This document shows positions 49,501 to 58,951 of a stretch of 64,000 nt of DNA, piece by piece. The stretch comes from Candidatus Tayloriibacteriota bacterium (lineage in GTDB: Bacteria > Patescibacteriota > Minisyncoccia > Phycocordibacterales > CAIZLB01). The translations under genes and the position numbers were made by a program. The DNA is taken from positions 9,721 through 73,720 of the forward strand of contig VEQN01000003.1 of assembly GCA_018883165.1 (NCBI GenBank). The letters run 5' to 3'. The stretch's first letter is position 1. Each line of letters starts with the position of its first letter. A model generated the notes under the pieces. That model did not search any database. It saw only the letters and a program-made list of their open reading frames with translations, and was not told the origin of the DNA.

Positions 49501-49530
49501 AAGCCCAGGCAGCGATGCTTGGGCTTTTTT
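49501..49530 (+). terminator. Rho-independent terminator
   Basis: AAGCCCAGGCA..TGCTTGGGCTTTTTT. Confidence 0.85.
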
Positions 49531-49651
49531 CTTTATCCACACATGCATACTAAAACTTGCTTTTTTAATATATATGTGGTAATATTATATCTGGAAGTAC
49601 ACACGCCGTATTTCCTTAACCCTTAACCCAACACCCAAGGAGGATACAAAA

Positions 49652-49846
49652 ATGGCGAAAAGTAATAACCACATAGGGCGCGGATGCCCACTCGATCCTA
49701 TTGATCGAGAAGATAGTGAGGATAAGTCATGGCTTAATCAACCATGGCCAAAGATCCAAATTCCAGTAAAAGCAACAGTCCGCATGACGGACTGGGGCGA
49801 ATTCTGGAAAAGCCAAGGTCAGGGGACCTTGCGCAAGACGAAATAA
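49652..49846 (+). CDS. Small hypothetical protein
   Basis: 64-aa ORF with an AGGAGG Shine-Dalgarno and a TTGCTT-17-TAATAT promoter. Confidence 0.5.
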   Translation: MAKSNNHIGRGCPLDPIDREDSEDKSWLNQPWPKIQIPVKATVRMTDWGEFWKSQGQGTLRKTK

Positions 49847-49892
49847 TAAGCGTTACCCTGCCGTCTACGTTCAATCCGTTGCGGCAGTTTTT

Positions 49893-51122
49893 TTATTTGT
49901 CCCCTCTCACTTTTTTAAATACAAACACACTGATTACCACAAACACTGTAATTACTAAAGTTGCAATTTGATACCTTACACTTCCCACAGAAACTAGTGA
50001 TGTAACCGTATATCCCCATACCAATGGCCCAATGAGTGACGATGTTCTCTCAACCAAACCAAAATATCCAAACGTTAGGTTATGCATCCCACTTGGTGTG
50101 AGATATGACATCACCGCACGTGATACTGCCCAACTTGCACCAAACCAAAATCCCATGAGCGTTGCACAAACTACGAACAAAGAGAATGTTGGTGCATATC
50201 CAATCGACGGAAGAATGAATATCCAACCATAGAGGATCACGGTAAGTGTTTTCTTGTGACCAAACCGGTCACCGATTCTTCCTCCAATGATACCACCAAG
50301 TGCTGATGTAACGACGATACCAGCAAGGATTGCAGATTTCAATGTATCCGACACACCCCATACTTGTTCAACAAATATTGGGAAATTGTTCGCAGCAGTA
50401 AGTACCGTATCGTTAAACAAGAAGTACGTAAGGAAAAACAGAAGTACCGGTTTGTATCGAAAGAGCTCAACTGTTGAATTCCATATTGATCGAGCATGTT
50501 CTTTTAGTTTCTTCGCATCTGGAAAAACTTCCCTCTTTGGCTCATGAAAGAATATGAGCATAGGTAGTGAGAGCACTACATACAGTATTGCGGCAGGAAT
50601 TAATGTTTCAAGTCTTCCAGATACACCAAAGATTGACCATGTACCATTAGCAAACGGAAGTGCAAACAAAAGTCCTGCAAACTGACCAATATAATTTAAA
50701 CATACTCCATACCCTGACACCCTCCCTCTTTCATGTTCATGAGATATATCATTAATGAGTGGTGTATAGAATGTAAAGGTGAGCATGTAGAAAAACATAC
50801 CAAGGGCAAACAATGCGAGTGAAACCGCAGGATTTCCATATATACCAAACCAAGCACACAGGATATATGCAACCGTTGTGAATATAGTTGTCACACGCAA
50901 ACCTGAGATTCTTCTCATTCGTGTATCCATTAAAAATCCAACCACCGGAACCACGAACAACAGAAGAATGGTGGCATATGTGTAAGTCAGGTTGTATGAG
51001 AGGTCGGTGAATCCTTTTTCAATGACAATCCATTGAGAAAAATACAAGAAGAATATTATGGATATAATCGAATTTGCAAAGTCATATGATGCCCACAGCC
51101 AAATATTCTTTCTTGTTTTCAT
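49893..51122 (-). CDS. MFS transporter (ATG22/UMF1-like)
   Basis: WASYDFANS, GRVSGYG, GRIGDRFG; 12 TM helices. Confidence 0.9.
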   Translation of the reverse strand: MKTRKNIWLWASYDFANSIISIIFFLYFSQWIVIEKGFTDLSYNLTYTYATILLLFVVPVVGFLMDTRMRRISGLRVTTIFTTVAYILCAWFGIYGNPAVSLALFALGMFFYMLTFTFYTPLINDISHEHERGRVSGYGVCLNYIGQFAGLLFALPFANGTWSIFGVSGRLETLIPAAILYVVLSLPMLIFFHEPKREVFPDAKKLKEHARSIWNSTVELFRYKPVLLFFLTYFLFNDTVLTAANNFPIFVEQVWGVSDTLKSAILAGIVVTSALGGIIGGRIGDRFGHKKTLTVILYGWIFILPSIGYAPTFSLFVVCATLMGFWFGASWAVSRAVMSYLTPSGMHNLTFGYFGLVERTSSLIGPLVWGYTVTSLVSVGSVRYQIATLVITVFVVISVFVFKKVRGDK

Positions 51123-51124
51123 TG

Positions 51125-51652
51125 CTACACTTCTTTAGATCTATATATCAGCAAGAATGTAATAATCATCACGAAGGCAGTAAATGCCATGAGTGGGATT
51201 GTGATATATCCAAGATTTAATTTGAAATATTGTGAGCATGATACTGAGTAGTTTCCAACAACACTACACCCTGCTTCAACCACACCTCTTTGGAGTAGAT
51301 AGTGGTAGAGTGCGATTGGTGCACCCAATATTGAAAGAATGAGCGCGTAAAAAGCGGCTCTTGTATCTTTAAGTATGAGTGAAAGACCCAAGATGACAAA
51401 CTGTGGGTACATGAATATTCGCTGGTACCAACACAATTTACATGGTTCAATCATGTATATATCTGAATATGTGAGACTTCCTAGAACTGCTGCAAGTACC
51501 ACAATGAAAGAGAACAAGATTGCATGAGTTCTAAAGAAGTTTGTAACCTTTGGTAGTTTTTTCGTTACGTAAAGTACCAACAATATGATAACTAATGCTT
51601 GGCCAAACACAGTGAGCCAAGAGAGTACTATGCTAAAAGTTGCTTGTGACAT
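51125..51652 (-). CDS. Disulfide bond formation protein B (DsbB/BdbC-like)
   Basis: PCKLCWYQRIFMYP, a second Cys pair, GYITIP.M. Confidence 0.92.
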   Translation of the reverse strand: MSQATFSIVLSWLTVFGQALVIILLVLYVTKKLPKVTNFFRTHAILFSFIVVLAAVLGSLTYSDIYMIEPCKLCWYQRIFMYPQFVILGLSLILKDTRAAFYALILSILGAPIALYHYLLQRGVVEAGCSVVGNYSVSCSQYFKLNLGYITIPLMAFTAFVMIITFLLIYRSKEV

Positions 51653-51717
51653 ATAAATGTTTGCTAGCTGTATAAACAATACAATGCACGTGTATCCCTT
51701 TGATTATACACCCAAAT

Positions 51718-52122
51718 TTACCAATTCAAATATGTGATTGTCAGTTGAAGACATGTTGCAAATGTCACCCAAAGGAGATATGGAATATTTGCATATGAGA
51801 CAAACCTAAGTGCCGGTACTTTCTTTGGCGTAGAAATCATAAACCATATGATTGTTCCCAAGATCAGCAAAATATCAATTGAAGCAAGCAGGTTGTTTTG
51901 TAGTCCAAATTGAATTGGTGAAAATATGAGATTGAAAAAGAGGTTTAATGCAAATGGCAAAGCTACAATTCTTGGAATTTCTCTCTTGTATGCTTTGTAA
52001 AACACATACCCGAATGTAATGAAGATAATAGTGTAGAGAAATGTCCAAGCAGGTCCAAAAACCCATGAGGGTGGCGCCCAGGTTGGTTTGATAAGTTCAG
52101 TGTACCAATTGTATTCGTTCAT
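51718..52122 (-). CDS. tspO: TspO/MBR family tryptophan-rich sensory protein
   Basis: WY..L.KP.WAPPSWVFGPAWT.LY, PYLLW..FA. Confidence 0.93.
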   Translation of the reverse strand: MNEYNWYTELIKPTWAPPSWVFGPAWTFLYTIIFITFGYVFYKAYKREIPRIVALPFALNLFFNLIFSPIQFGLQNNLLASIDILLILGTIIWFMISTPKKVPALRFVSYANIPYLLWVTFATCLQLTITYLNW

Positions 52123-52162
52123 GTCCTGATTTTAGCACGACTATTGAAACCACTTAAATTTG

Positions 52163-52234
52163 TGACCCTACCGGGAATCGAACCCGGCTTTAGAGCTTGA
52201 GAAGCTCTCGTCCTAACCGATAGACGATAGGGCC
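52163..52234 (-). tRNA. tRNA-Glu (anticodon CUC); CCA not encoded
   Basis: GGCCCTATCGTCTATCGGTTAGGACGAGAGC-TTCTCAA-GCTCTAAAGCCGGGTTCGATTCCCGGTAGGGTCA folds into a cloverleaf. Confidence 0.95.
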
Positions 52235-52273
52235 AGTACGAACCATTGTACATATTTATACGGAAAAATAAAG

Positions 52274-53992
52274 CTATCTATCAGGTGGAATCTGGTAGTA
52301 GTTAATCAAGAACTTAGTAAGCTCAATAAAGGGCTTTGCCAAGGTCTCAGAGGCGAAATTTACCCCTCTAGGGTTAACAATATACATAAACACTACAAAC
52401 TGTGGGTCACCCTCAGGCAAGAACCCCACAAACGAGTGGAGGAAGCGATCTTCAGAATAACTTCCCCTCTCTGCAATCTGCGCAGTACCAGTCTTTGCAC
52501 CAATGGCATATCTTGGATTCTTTGCCTTACCATCAAGGAGTGAATTGTCCACATTGTATACCATCATGTTTCGAATCTCCTCAGCTGTTGACTCACTAAT
52601 GACCCTCAGTGGCTCTGATTGATTCACTTCCTTAGTAAACCCAACCTTGTACTGTATCTTCTTTACCACTCGTGGTTGTACCAACTTCCCTCCATTTACA
52701 ACCGATGCAAATGCTCTTGTTACCTCAATTGGACTTACCGCAATACCCTGACCAAATGAAGCGGTAATATATTCAATATTTCTTGGACTCTTCAAGTTGT
52801 CGAGTAGACCTTTGGATTCATTTGGAAGATCGATACCCGTTCTCTCACCCAGTCCAAACTTGTGCACATATTCTGCAAATGTTTTGTTTCCAACTCGTTG
52901 CACAATGTATGCAAATCCAGTGTTCAATGATTTTGAAAGTGCATATTGTAGCGTAATGACTCCTCTACCCTTCTTGTCGAAGTTCCAAATGGTTCTACCA
53001 TCAGAAGAAATTGATCCTGTGTCATTGTATGTACTTGTTGCATGCACCTTACCTTGATCCACACCAACTGCCATGGTTAAAGGTTTAATGATGGAACCCA
53101 TTTCATATACGCTTTCAACCAAATCGTTTTTAAACACTCCAACATTCTTTTCCTCTTTAAAATTGTTTGGATCAAATGTTGGATTAATTGCCATGGCATG
53201 AATCTCCCCGGTACTTGGGTTCATGATGATGGCACCAGTTCTTTCAGCAGAATATTGTGACTGGATACCCTTAAGCATATTCTCAACATATGCTTGAGTT
53301 CTTGGTTCAATGGTTGTGACGATATCACCTTCAAAATCTCTGTCTCCGACAGTCTTCTTAAGGTTTGAAAACATTTCTGCAAAGAAGTTTACATACACCG
53401 CATCAGATTCTCGAGACAATGTATCGTTGTATTGTCTCTCAAGACCATACCGCCCTGATATCTCATCACCCTTGTACCCCATGAATCCAAGCACATGAGC
53501 AGCGAGAGTTCCACCTGGGTAATATCGCCACTTGTCTTTGAATACACTTACGCCAGGAATTTTGAGTGCTGCGATTGCCTTACCCTCATCTTCACTTGCT
53601 CTCTTTTTCACCTCCTCATATGTATCATTAGCTTTGTTTGCTTGTGACAAAAACACAGCTTCATCAAGTGGAATGATGGCAGATATTTTTTGATATGCAG
53701 ATTCAACCGAATTGTTCTTCTGGAGAATCTTTGGATTAATGGCAATCAAGAAACCTGTTTTAAGTGTTGCCGCTGAAATGAGGTTACCAGTCCTGTCTGA
53801 GAAATATATCGTACCCCTATTGAAGGCATCTGCTGGTTTCTGATATTGCCTGTCAGCACGTTCTGAGAACTCATCATAGTTCACGATTTGCACCATGTAG
53901 AGTTTGGTAAAGAGAAGAAGTGATACAGCAAGTACTACTATGGAAAGTAACCTAACGCGTTTTCGTATTTGTTGCTGTAGCTGATTGTTCAT
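52274..53992 (-). CDS. ftsI: Class B penicillin-binding protein FtsI
   Basis: TM anchor, YEMGSIIK, SLN, KTGTAQ; lies downstream of mraZ-rsmH-ftsL. Confidence 0.9.
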   Translation of the reverse strand: MNNQLQQQIRKRVRLLSIVVLAVSLLLFTKLYMVQIVNYDEFSERADRQYQKPADAFNRGTIYFSDRTGNLISAATLKTGFLIAINPKILQKNNSVESAYQKISAIIPLDEAVFLSQANKANDTYEEVKKRASEDEGKAIAALKIPGVSVFKDKWRYYPGGTLAAHVLGFMGYKGDEISGRYGLERQYNDTLSRESDAVYVNFFAEMFSNLKKTVGDRDFEGDIVTTIEPRTQAYVENMLKGIQSQYSAERTGAIIMNPSTGEIHAMAINPTFDPNNFKEEKNVGVFKNDLVESVYEMGSIIKPLTMAVGVDQGKVHATSTYNDTGSISSDGRTIWNFDKKGRGVITLQYALSKSLNTGFAYIVQRVGNKTFAEYVHKFGLGERTGIDLPNESKGLLDNLKSPRNIEYITASFGQGIAVSPIEVTRAFASVVNGGKLVQPRVVKKIQYKVGFTKEVNQSEPLRVISESTAEEIRNMMVYNVDNSLLDGKAKNPRYAIGAKTGTAQIAERGSYSEDRFLHSFVGFLPEGDPQFVVFMYIVNPRGVNFASETLAKPFIELTKFLINYYQIPPDR

Positions 53993-54004
53993 TACACGAA
54001 CATT

Positions 54005-54271
54005 TTAACACAAGGCTGAGGCTTTAAGAAAAATATTTCCAAGTATCCAAAGCTCAAGTGTAAACAATGAGAACAATATTGCAGCATACATACTGTTTTT
54101 GTATGACCGATATTTCTTCTGATCTCTATGCTTCTCAATACGCATATGATGCCATGCATAGAATGCGATCAGGAGGAGGATATAAAAGACAAAAGGAAAC
54201 ACAATATCGAATGACTTCAGTACTTCAAATGGTAAATTAGATTGGAAGTATCCAGCGATGTTACAGATCAT
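54005..54271 (-). CDS. Small two-TM membrane protein inserted between ftsL and ftsI
   Basis: 88-aa ORF with TGA-TATACT 6 nt upstream. Confidence 0.6.
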   Translation of the reverse strand: MICNIAGYFQSNLPFEVLKSFDIVFPFVFYILLLIAFYAWHHMRIEKHRDQKKYRSYKNSMYAAILFSLFTLELWILGNIFLKASALC

Positions 54272-54288
54272 GTCTCTAGTATATCAAA

Positions 54289-54612
54289 CTATCGAATAGC
54301 GACATTCTTTCCTGTGTGTTCACGAGTAACAAATATGGTCTTGTCCGTAGCTGATTTAAACCCGAGATCTCTTGCTGTATCCATGGTCACACCTTCAACA
54401 GCGTTAATGTATTGAAATTCAACATCTGAGAGCTTTGAGTTGATTGATGCAATCTGCTCTCGATATGTGTCACCAAGTACCACGTTTCGAACAGCCTTTT
54501 GTATGAAATATACATATACAGCACTTGAACACACCAAAGAAATGGCAAGAATCCAAAACAATGGTTCTGAAATCTTATCAATTTTTCGTATTGTTGCTTG
54601 TGCTTGTTTCAT
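54289..54612 (-). CDS. FtsL-like cell division protein
   Basis: Position after rsmH; TM helix, coiled coil and ARDLGF motif. Confidence 0.65.
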   Translation of the reverse strand: MKQAQATIRKIDKISEPLFWILAISLVCSSAVYVYFIQKAVRNVVLGDTYREQIASINSKLSDVEFQYINAVEGVTMDTARDLGFKSATDKTIFVTREHTGKNVAIR

Positions 54613-54621
54613 ATGGTGCTG

Positions 54622-55599
54622 TTATATTTTTTGAATAATTCGAAGCTTTGAACTTCTTGATCTCGGATTAGCTTCAATTTCCGAGTCTTCGGGTACTATG
54701 GGTTTTTTAGTAACTACCATAGCTTCCCCTCCATCTATTTTTTCCTTGAAGTATCGTTTAATGATTCGATCTTCAAGACTATGAAATGATATGACTGCAA
54801 GTCTTCCACCTGGTGCCAATGATTCGAATGCTTGTGGTACAGCTTCTTCGATTGAACGTAGTTCATCATTTACCGCTATACGTAGTGCCTGAAATGTCTT
54901 TGTAGCAGGATGGATTCTTCCATGCCGCTTAAAGCTTGGATATGCTTTCTTCACAATTTCAGCGAGTTCAGTTGTAGTTTTAATCTTTGTACCCACAACC
55001 TCCCCATCTTTCGTCACTTTTTCACGCGCTTCAACTATTGCTTTTGCAATCCGTCTCGCATAGGTATCTTCCCCATATCCGTAGATGATGTCTGCGATGT
55101 TCTCTTCGTCCCATGTATTCACAATGTCATATGCAGTGAATGCATGAGAAGCTGGAGTTCCAAAGGTCATATGTAGTGGTTCTTCTTTTCTAAATGAAAA
55201 TCCTCTACCTGACTCATCAATCTCATATGAGCTAATACCTAGATCGAACAATATTGCATCTGGGTGTATTGGCTTTGTAGTCACCTCTTCGATTTCTCGA
55301 AGAGATTTCTTAAAGTGTCTAAAGTTTGTATTCACAAAATGGAGCTTTGGAGTTTTGAATGAAGAATCTTTCTTCTGTTCTTCCCCTACTCTTTTTTGAA
55401 TATGCTCTTTTGCTCGTTCAATTGCTTCAGAATCTAGATCAAAACCTATGACTGTAATATCTCCTTTTGTCTTCTCAATTACAGCCTCAGTGTGACCCCC
55501 ATCCCCTAAGTTACAATCAACGTACACAGATTGTGACTTCAAGTCACTAATCCGTAGACCTTCAAGAACTTGTTGTAAAAGAACTGGTACGTGTCGCAT
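54622..55599 (-). CDS. rsmH: 16S rRNA m4C1402 methyltransferase
   Basis: HVPVLL, D.NLG.GGH, DLGISS, RGFSF, FQALRIAVNDEL, SFHSLEDR, NPRSRSSKLR. Confidence 0.97.
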   Translation of the reverse strand: MRHVPVLLQQVLEGLRISDLKSQSVYVDCNLGDGGHTEAVIEKTKGDITVIGFDLDSEAIERAKEHIQKRVGEEQKKDSSFKTPKLHFVNTNFRHFKKSLREIEEVTTKPIHPDAILFDLGISSYEIDESGRGFSFRKEEPLHMTFGTPASHAFTAYDIVNTWDEENIADIIYGYGEDTYARRIAKAIVEAREKVTKDGEVVGTKIKTTTELAEIVKKAYPSFKRHGRIHPATKTFQALRIAVNDELRSIEEAVPQAFESLAPGGRLAVISFHSLEDRIIKRYFKEKIDGGEAMVVTKKPIVPEDSEIEANPRSRSSKLRIIQKI

Positions 55600-55600
55600 G

Positions 55601-56041
55601 TTAGATGACTCCAACTTCGCCGAGTTTTTCTGCAAGCTGGTCTGCTTGCTTCAAAATCTTCGCTTTGTATTCCTTCCATCGTGACTCATCCCACACTTCG
55701 ACTCTGTTGTGTACACCTGCGAACACCACCTTAGTTTTAACTGACACACCTGCATACTCTCGTAGAAATTCAGGGATGAGGATTCTACCGATTGCATCAA
55801 CCTCAAGTTCTACTGCTCCTGCGAGCATGATTCGGTTGAATCCTCGACTATCAGCCTGACCCATTGAAAGATTTCCAAGTTTCTCAGAAATCTTCGCCCA
55901 CTCTTTCACTGGATACATAAAAAGACAGTTATCAAGGCCGTGAGTAATCACCACCTTCTTTCCAATTTCCTTCCGAAACTTTGATGGAAGTGAAATTCTC
56001 TTTTTATCATCTTGTGTGTGGGTATATTCTCCGATGAGCAT
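55601..56041 (-). CDS. mraZ: Transcriptional regulator MraZ
   Basis: GEY.H..DDKKRISLP, D..GRILIP, EVWD. Confidence 0.97.
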   Translation of the reverse strand: MLIGEYTHTQDDKKRISLPSKFRKEIGKKVVITHGLDNCLFMYPVKEWAKISEKLGNLSMGQADSRGFNRIMLAGAVELEVDAIGRILIPEFLREYAGVSVKTKVVFAGVHNRVEVWDESRWKEYKAKILKQADQLAEKLGEVGVI

Positions 56042-56187
56042 ATTAGTTTTTTCTTGCTTAAAGGTAAGTGGGAACCTTTAAGTCTCGCATCGAACCGAAA
56101 ACCTGTTGGCAGCGGGTTTTCGATCCTTAAATCAACTCACTCTTTCCGATAAATCTACGAGGAGAACTAACGCTTTTTTGTAGATTT

Positions 56188-56236
56188 ACCACTTCTTCCC
56201 ACTTACTTACTATTCTATTCCACTTTACTTCACTTA
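56188..56236 (-). promoter_or_regulatory. MraZ-binding direct repeats
   Basis: AGTGG/AGTGA boxes at roughly 10-nt period upstream of mraZ (plus strand CCACT at 56189, 56199 and 56220, TCACT at 56230). Confidence 0.7.
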
Positions 56237-56271
56237 GCAAACAAAAATACCCACTTTTAGGTGGATAACTT

Positions 56272-56701
56272 AAAGAAAATACCCGCACCACGTAATGGGT
56301 GTACGCGTGCGGGTAGACAGCCTGTCTTGAAGGGTGTTTTTTCCACCCAACATTTACCACCAGGGCATTTGTCACTAGAACACTGCCTGGATGGGTTATT
56401 ATGCCGCTCATCTGTCACTGCCGGGGTCAGGTAGAGCTCCTCTCGGTTAAGTTAACATCACACAGGGTGAGAAACCCCTGCAATCGGGTATATGTGCTTC
56501 CACACAGTGACCCACTTTACGACCTTTAACACGCTATGTATTTTAGAGATTCTTCATGTACATAATTAACAACCCAACAACAGATAATGGTTCTGTTGTA
56601 TGTACTCTGGAGAATCTCTTTTCACGTGCCATTCTGTTACAGCAATGTGTGATGCGTTTGTGCTATTCCAACTTCAGAGACTCGCTCAGAGGTTGGTACA
56701 C
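56272..56701 (-). ncRNA. Unassigned structured ncRNA of about 420 nt
   Basis: Promoter TTGACA-17-TAGCAT (56734-56706), terminator at 56314-56272, and multiple long-range helices. Confidence 0.6.
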
Positions 56702-56734
56702 GAAAATGCTACTCTGGGTAGGACAAAGTGTCAA

Positions 56735-58321
56735 TTATTCCTCTTTCTTTTGTGGAGTATGATTCTCCGGCTTCATTGTTGGGAACAGAATTGCATCCTT
56801 GATATTTGTTGCATTCATGAAAAGCATCGCCAACCTATCAATACCAATTCCGATTCCTCCGTTTGGCGGCATACCATATTCCATAGCTTCAAGATAATCT
56901 TGATCACTTGGTGAGATTTCTCCATCTCCATTTCTCTTCTTTCGATCCTGTTCTTCGTATCGAGCCTTCTGATCAACTGGATTGTTTAGTTCAGAGAAAC
57001 AGTTTGTTACCTCAAGACCACCCATGACAAGCTGGAATCGATCAATCAATGTCTTGTCATCCTCTCGTCTCTTTGCAAACGGGTTAAATTCTACCGGGTA
57101 GTTAATGAGGAAGGTTGGTTGAATCAGTTTCGGTCGCACCGCTTTCTTGTATATCTTGTCTACAATCTTTTCAAATTCATCAGCAGGCTCAATATCAGCA
57201 CCGTACTTCTCAGCGATTGCTACAAGCTGGTCTCTACTCATTTCTCTCACGTTTGTGATTCCTGCACATTCAGCAATTACTTCAAGATATTCTCGCACCG
57301 CAAATGGTTTTGATGTATCGATAGTTTGTCCATCAAATTCAAACGATTCCTTGCCGAATAGATCTTTTACAAGTGTTTGTACAAGATCTTGTATGAACTG
57401 TCTTTGTGACTTTGCATCAGCGTATGCCTCTTGTGATTCAAGCATCGTGAATTCAGGATTGTGTGTTGCATCAATACCCTCATTTCTAAACCTTCGTCCA
57501 ACCTCATATACCTTGTTAAACCCACCAACCACAAGCTTCTTTAGGTAGAGCTCTTGAGCAATGGTAAGGTTAAAGTCTAAATCAAGTGCATTGTGATGCG
57601 TACCGAATACGGCTGCTGTTGCGCCACCTGCAAGAGCCTGGAGGATTGGAAGTTCAACCTCAAGGTATCCATGTGAATCAAAAAATCTTCTTACACCTGA
57701 GAGAAGTTTCGTTCGAAGCACGAATGACTTTCGAACTTCTTCATTTGTGAGAACATCAAGATATCGTCTTCGATATCGCTCCTCAACATCTTGTAACCCT
57801 GCCCACTTTTCAGGAAGAGCTCGGAGTGACTTTGTAATCATTCTCCAAGATGAAACCAAAAGACTCATTTCACCTCTCTTTGTTCTCATCAGACTTCCAC
57901 GCACTTCAATGAAATCTCCCATATCAGCTGTATCAACAAACAATGTAAAAGCATCTTCAACTTTCGGATGCGCCACGGTCTCTTGTATACCAAACACTGA
58001 TTCACCCTGTTGGTAACTTTGAATATATACAGGATTCTGGTCTTTCTTTATGATTGCCTGGAAAGATGCTGTACCATCGAAGAGATCTGCGAATATGAGG
58101 CCACCTTGTCCTCGAAGTGACATAACTCTACCAACAATAGCAATCTCCTGCTTCTTCTGTTCTTCTGATCCTTCTTCTTTGACCAATGAATCAAACTTTT
58201 CTCTCAGTTCAAACAGGTCATAGTCTTTTCGTACAGATACCGGGTATGCTTCAATACCCAAAGCTTCAAGCTTTGATAGTTTCTGAATCCGTACTTCTTT
58301 GATTTCTTCTTGTGATGCCAT
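56735..58321 (-). CDS. lysS: Lysyl-tRNA synthetase (class II)
   Basis: RYRRRYLD, GGATA..F.THHNALD, FRNEGID.THNPEFT, EYGMPP.GG.GIGIDRL. Confidence 0.97.
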   Translation of the reverse strand: MASQEEIKEVRIQKLSKLEALGIEAYPVSVRKDYDLFELREKFDSLVKEEGSEEQKKQEIAIVGRVMSLRGQGGLIFADLFDGTASFQAIIKKDQNPVYIQSYQQGESVFGIQETVAHPKVEDAFTLFVDTADMGDFIEVRGSLMRTKRGEMSLLVSSWRMITKSLRALPEKWAGLQDVEERYRRRYLDVLTNEEVRKSFVLRTKLLSGVRRFFDSHGYLEVELPILQALAGGATAAVFGTHHNALDLDFNLTIAQELYLKKLVVGGFNKVYEVGRRFRNEGIDATHNPEFTMLESQEAYADAKSQRQFIQDLVQTLVKDLFGKESFEFDGQTIDTSKPFAVREYLEVIAECAGITNVREMSRDQLVAIAEKYGADIEPADEFEKIVDKIYKKAVRPKLIQPTFLINYPVEFNPFAKRREDDKTLIDRFQLVMGGLEVTNCFSELNNPVDQKARYEEQDRKKRNGDGEISPSDQDYLEAMEYGMPPNGGIGIGIDRLAMLFMNATNIKDAILFPTMKPENHTPQKKEE

Positions 58322-58391
58322 GTATATGAAATTAATAGATGCTGATGTATCTGATTATACACCATGTACAAAAGTATATGATATATACGAG

Positions 58392-58862
58392 CTATTCGAT
58401 AGAAGTAACAGTGTACTTCACTTCACCTTTCGGTGTTTTGAATTTAAACTCCTCACCCTTCTTCTTTCCAAGAAGAGCTTGGCCTAGAGGAGATTTGAAT
58501 GAGATTTTACCAGCTTGAGTATCAGCTTCTTCTGATCCTACAATGGTGTATGTATGCTTAGCTTTTTCTGTTGATTTCTGAACGTGTACTACTGATCCGA
58601 TTTCAACAACATTACTATGGTGAGTAGCAACAATTTCTACGTTTGGAAGAATAGTTTCAAGTTGTGAGATTCGGTCTTCAAGTGCAGCCTGAGCTTCTCT
58701 TGCTTCATGATATTCTGCATTTTCTGACAAATCACCAAGACCCTTGGCATATTCAAGTTTATCCGCAATTTCTTTTCGTTTGTTTGTCTTCAAATCTTCA
58801 AGCTCAGCTTTAAGCTGCTCGAACTTTTCTTTTGAGAGGTATTCTTTTGCTTTTATAGACAT
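58392..58862 (-). CDS. greA: Transcription elongation factor GreA
   Basis: GDLSENAEYH.A, IVGSEEAD, ISFKSPLG.ALLG. Confidence 0.97.
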   Translation of the reverse strand: MSIKAKEYLSKEKFEQLKAELEDLKTNKRKEIADKLEYAKGLGDLSENAEYHEAREAQAALEDRISQLETILPNVEIVATHHSNVVEIGSVVHVQKSTEKAKHTYTIVGSEEADTQAGKISFKSPLGQALLGKKKGEEFKFKTPKGEVKYTVTSIE

Positions 58863-58951
58863 ATCGAGATAGAAGTGTACACGGTAAATACAACATAGTC
58901 AACCATTAATTTTAATAACAAAATGGCTTAAAATAAGCATTTAATTATACC

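Noticed and set aside
49533-49541. Perfect DnaA box TTATCCACA (and a near match at about 56261)
   Set aside because: The boxes are isolated, with no cluster or dnaA gene, which is insufficient for oriC.
56127-56411. 94-aa minus-strand ORF upstream of mraZ
   Set aside because: It runs through a terminator and the MraZ boxes and has no recognisable motif.
56281-56420. Group II intron-like 3' end (CTACCCGCAC) in the long ncRNA
   Set aside because: No domain V hairpin and no GUGYG 5' end.
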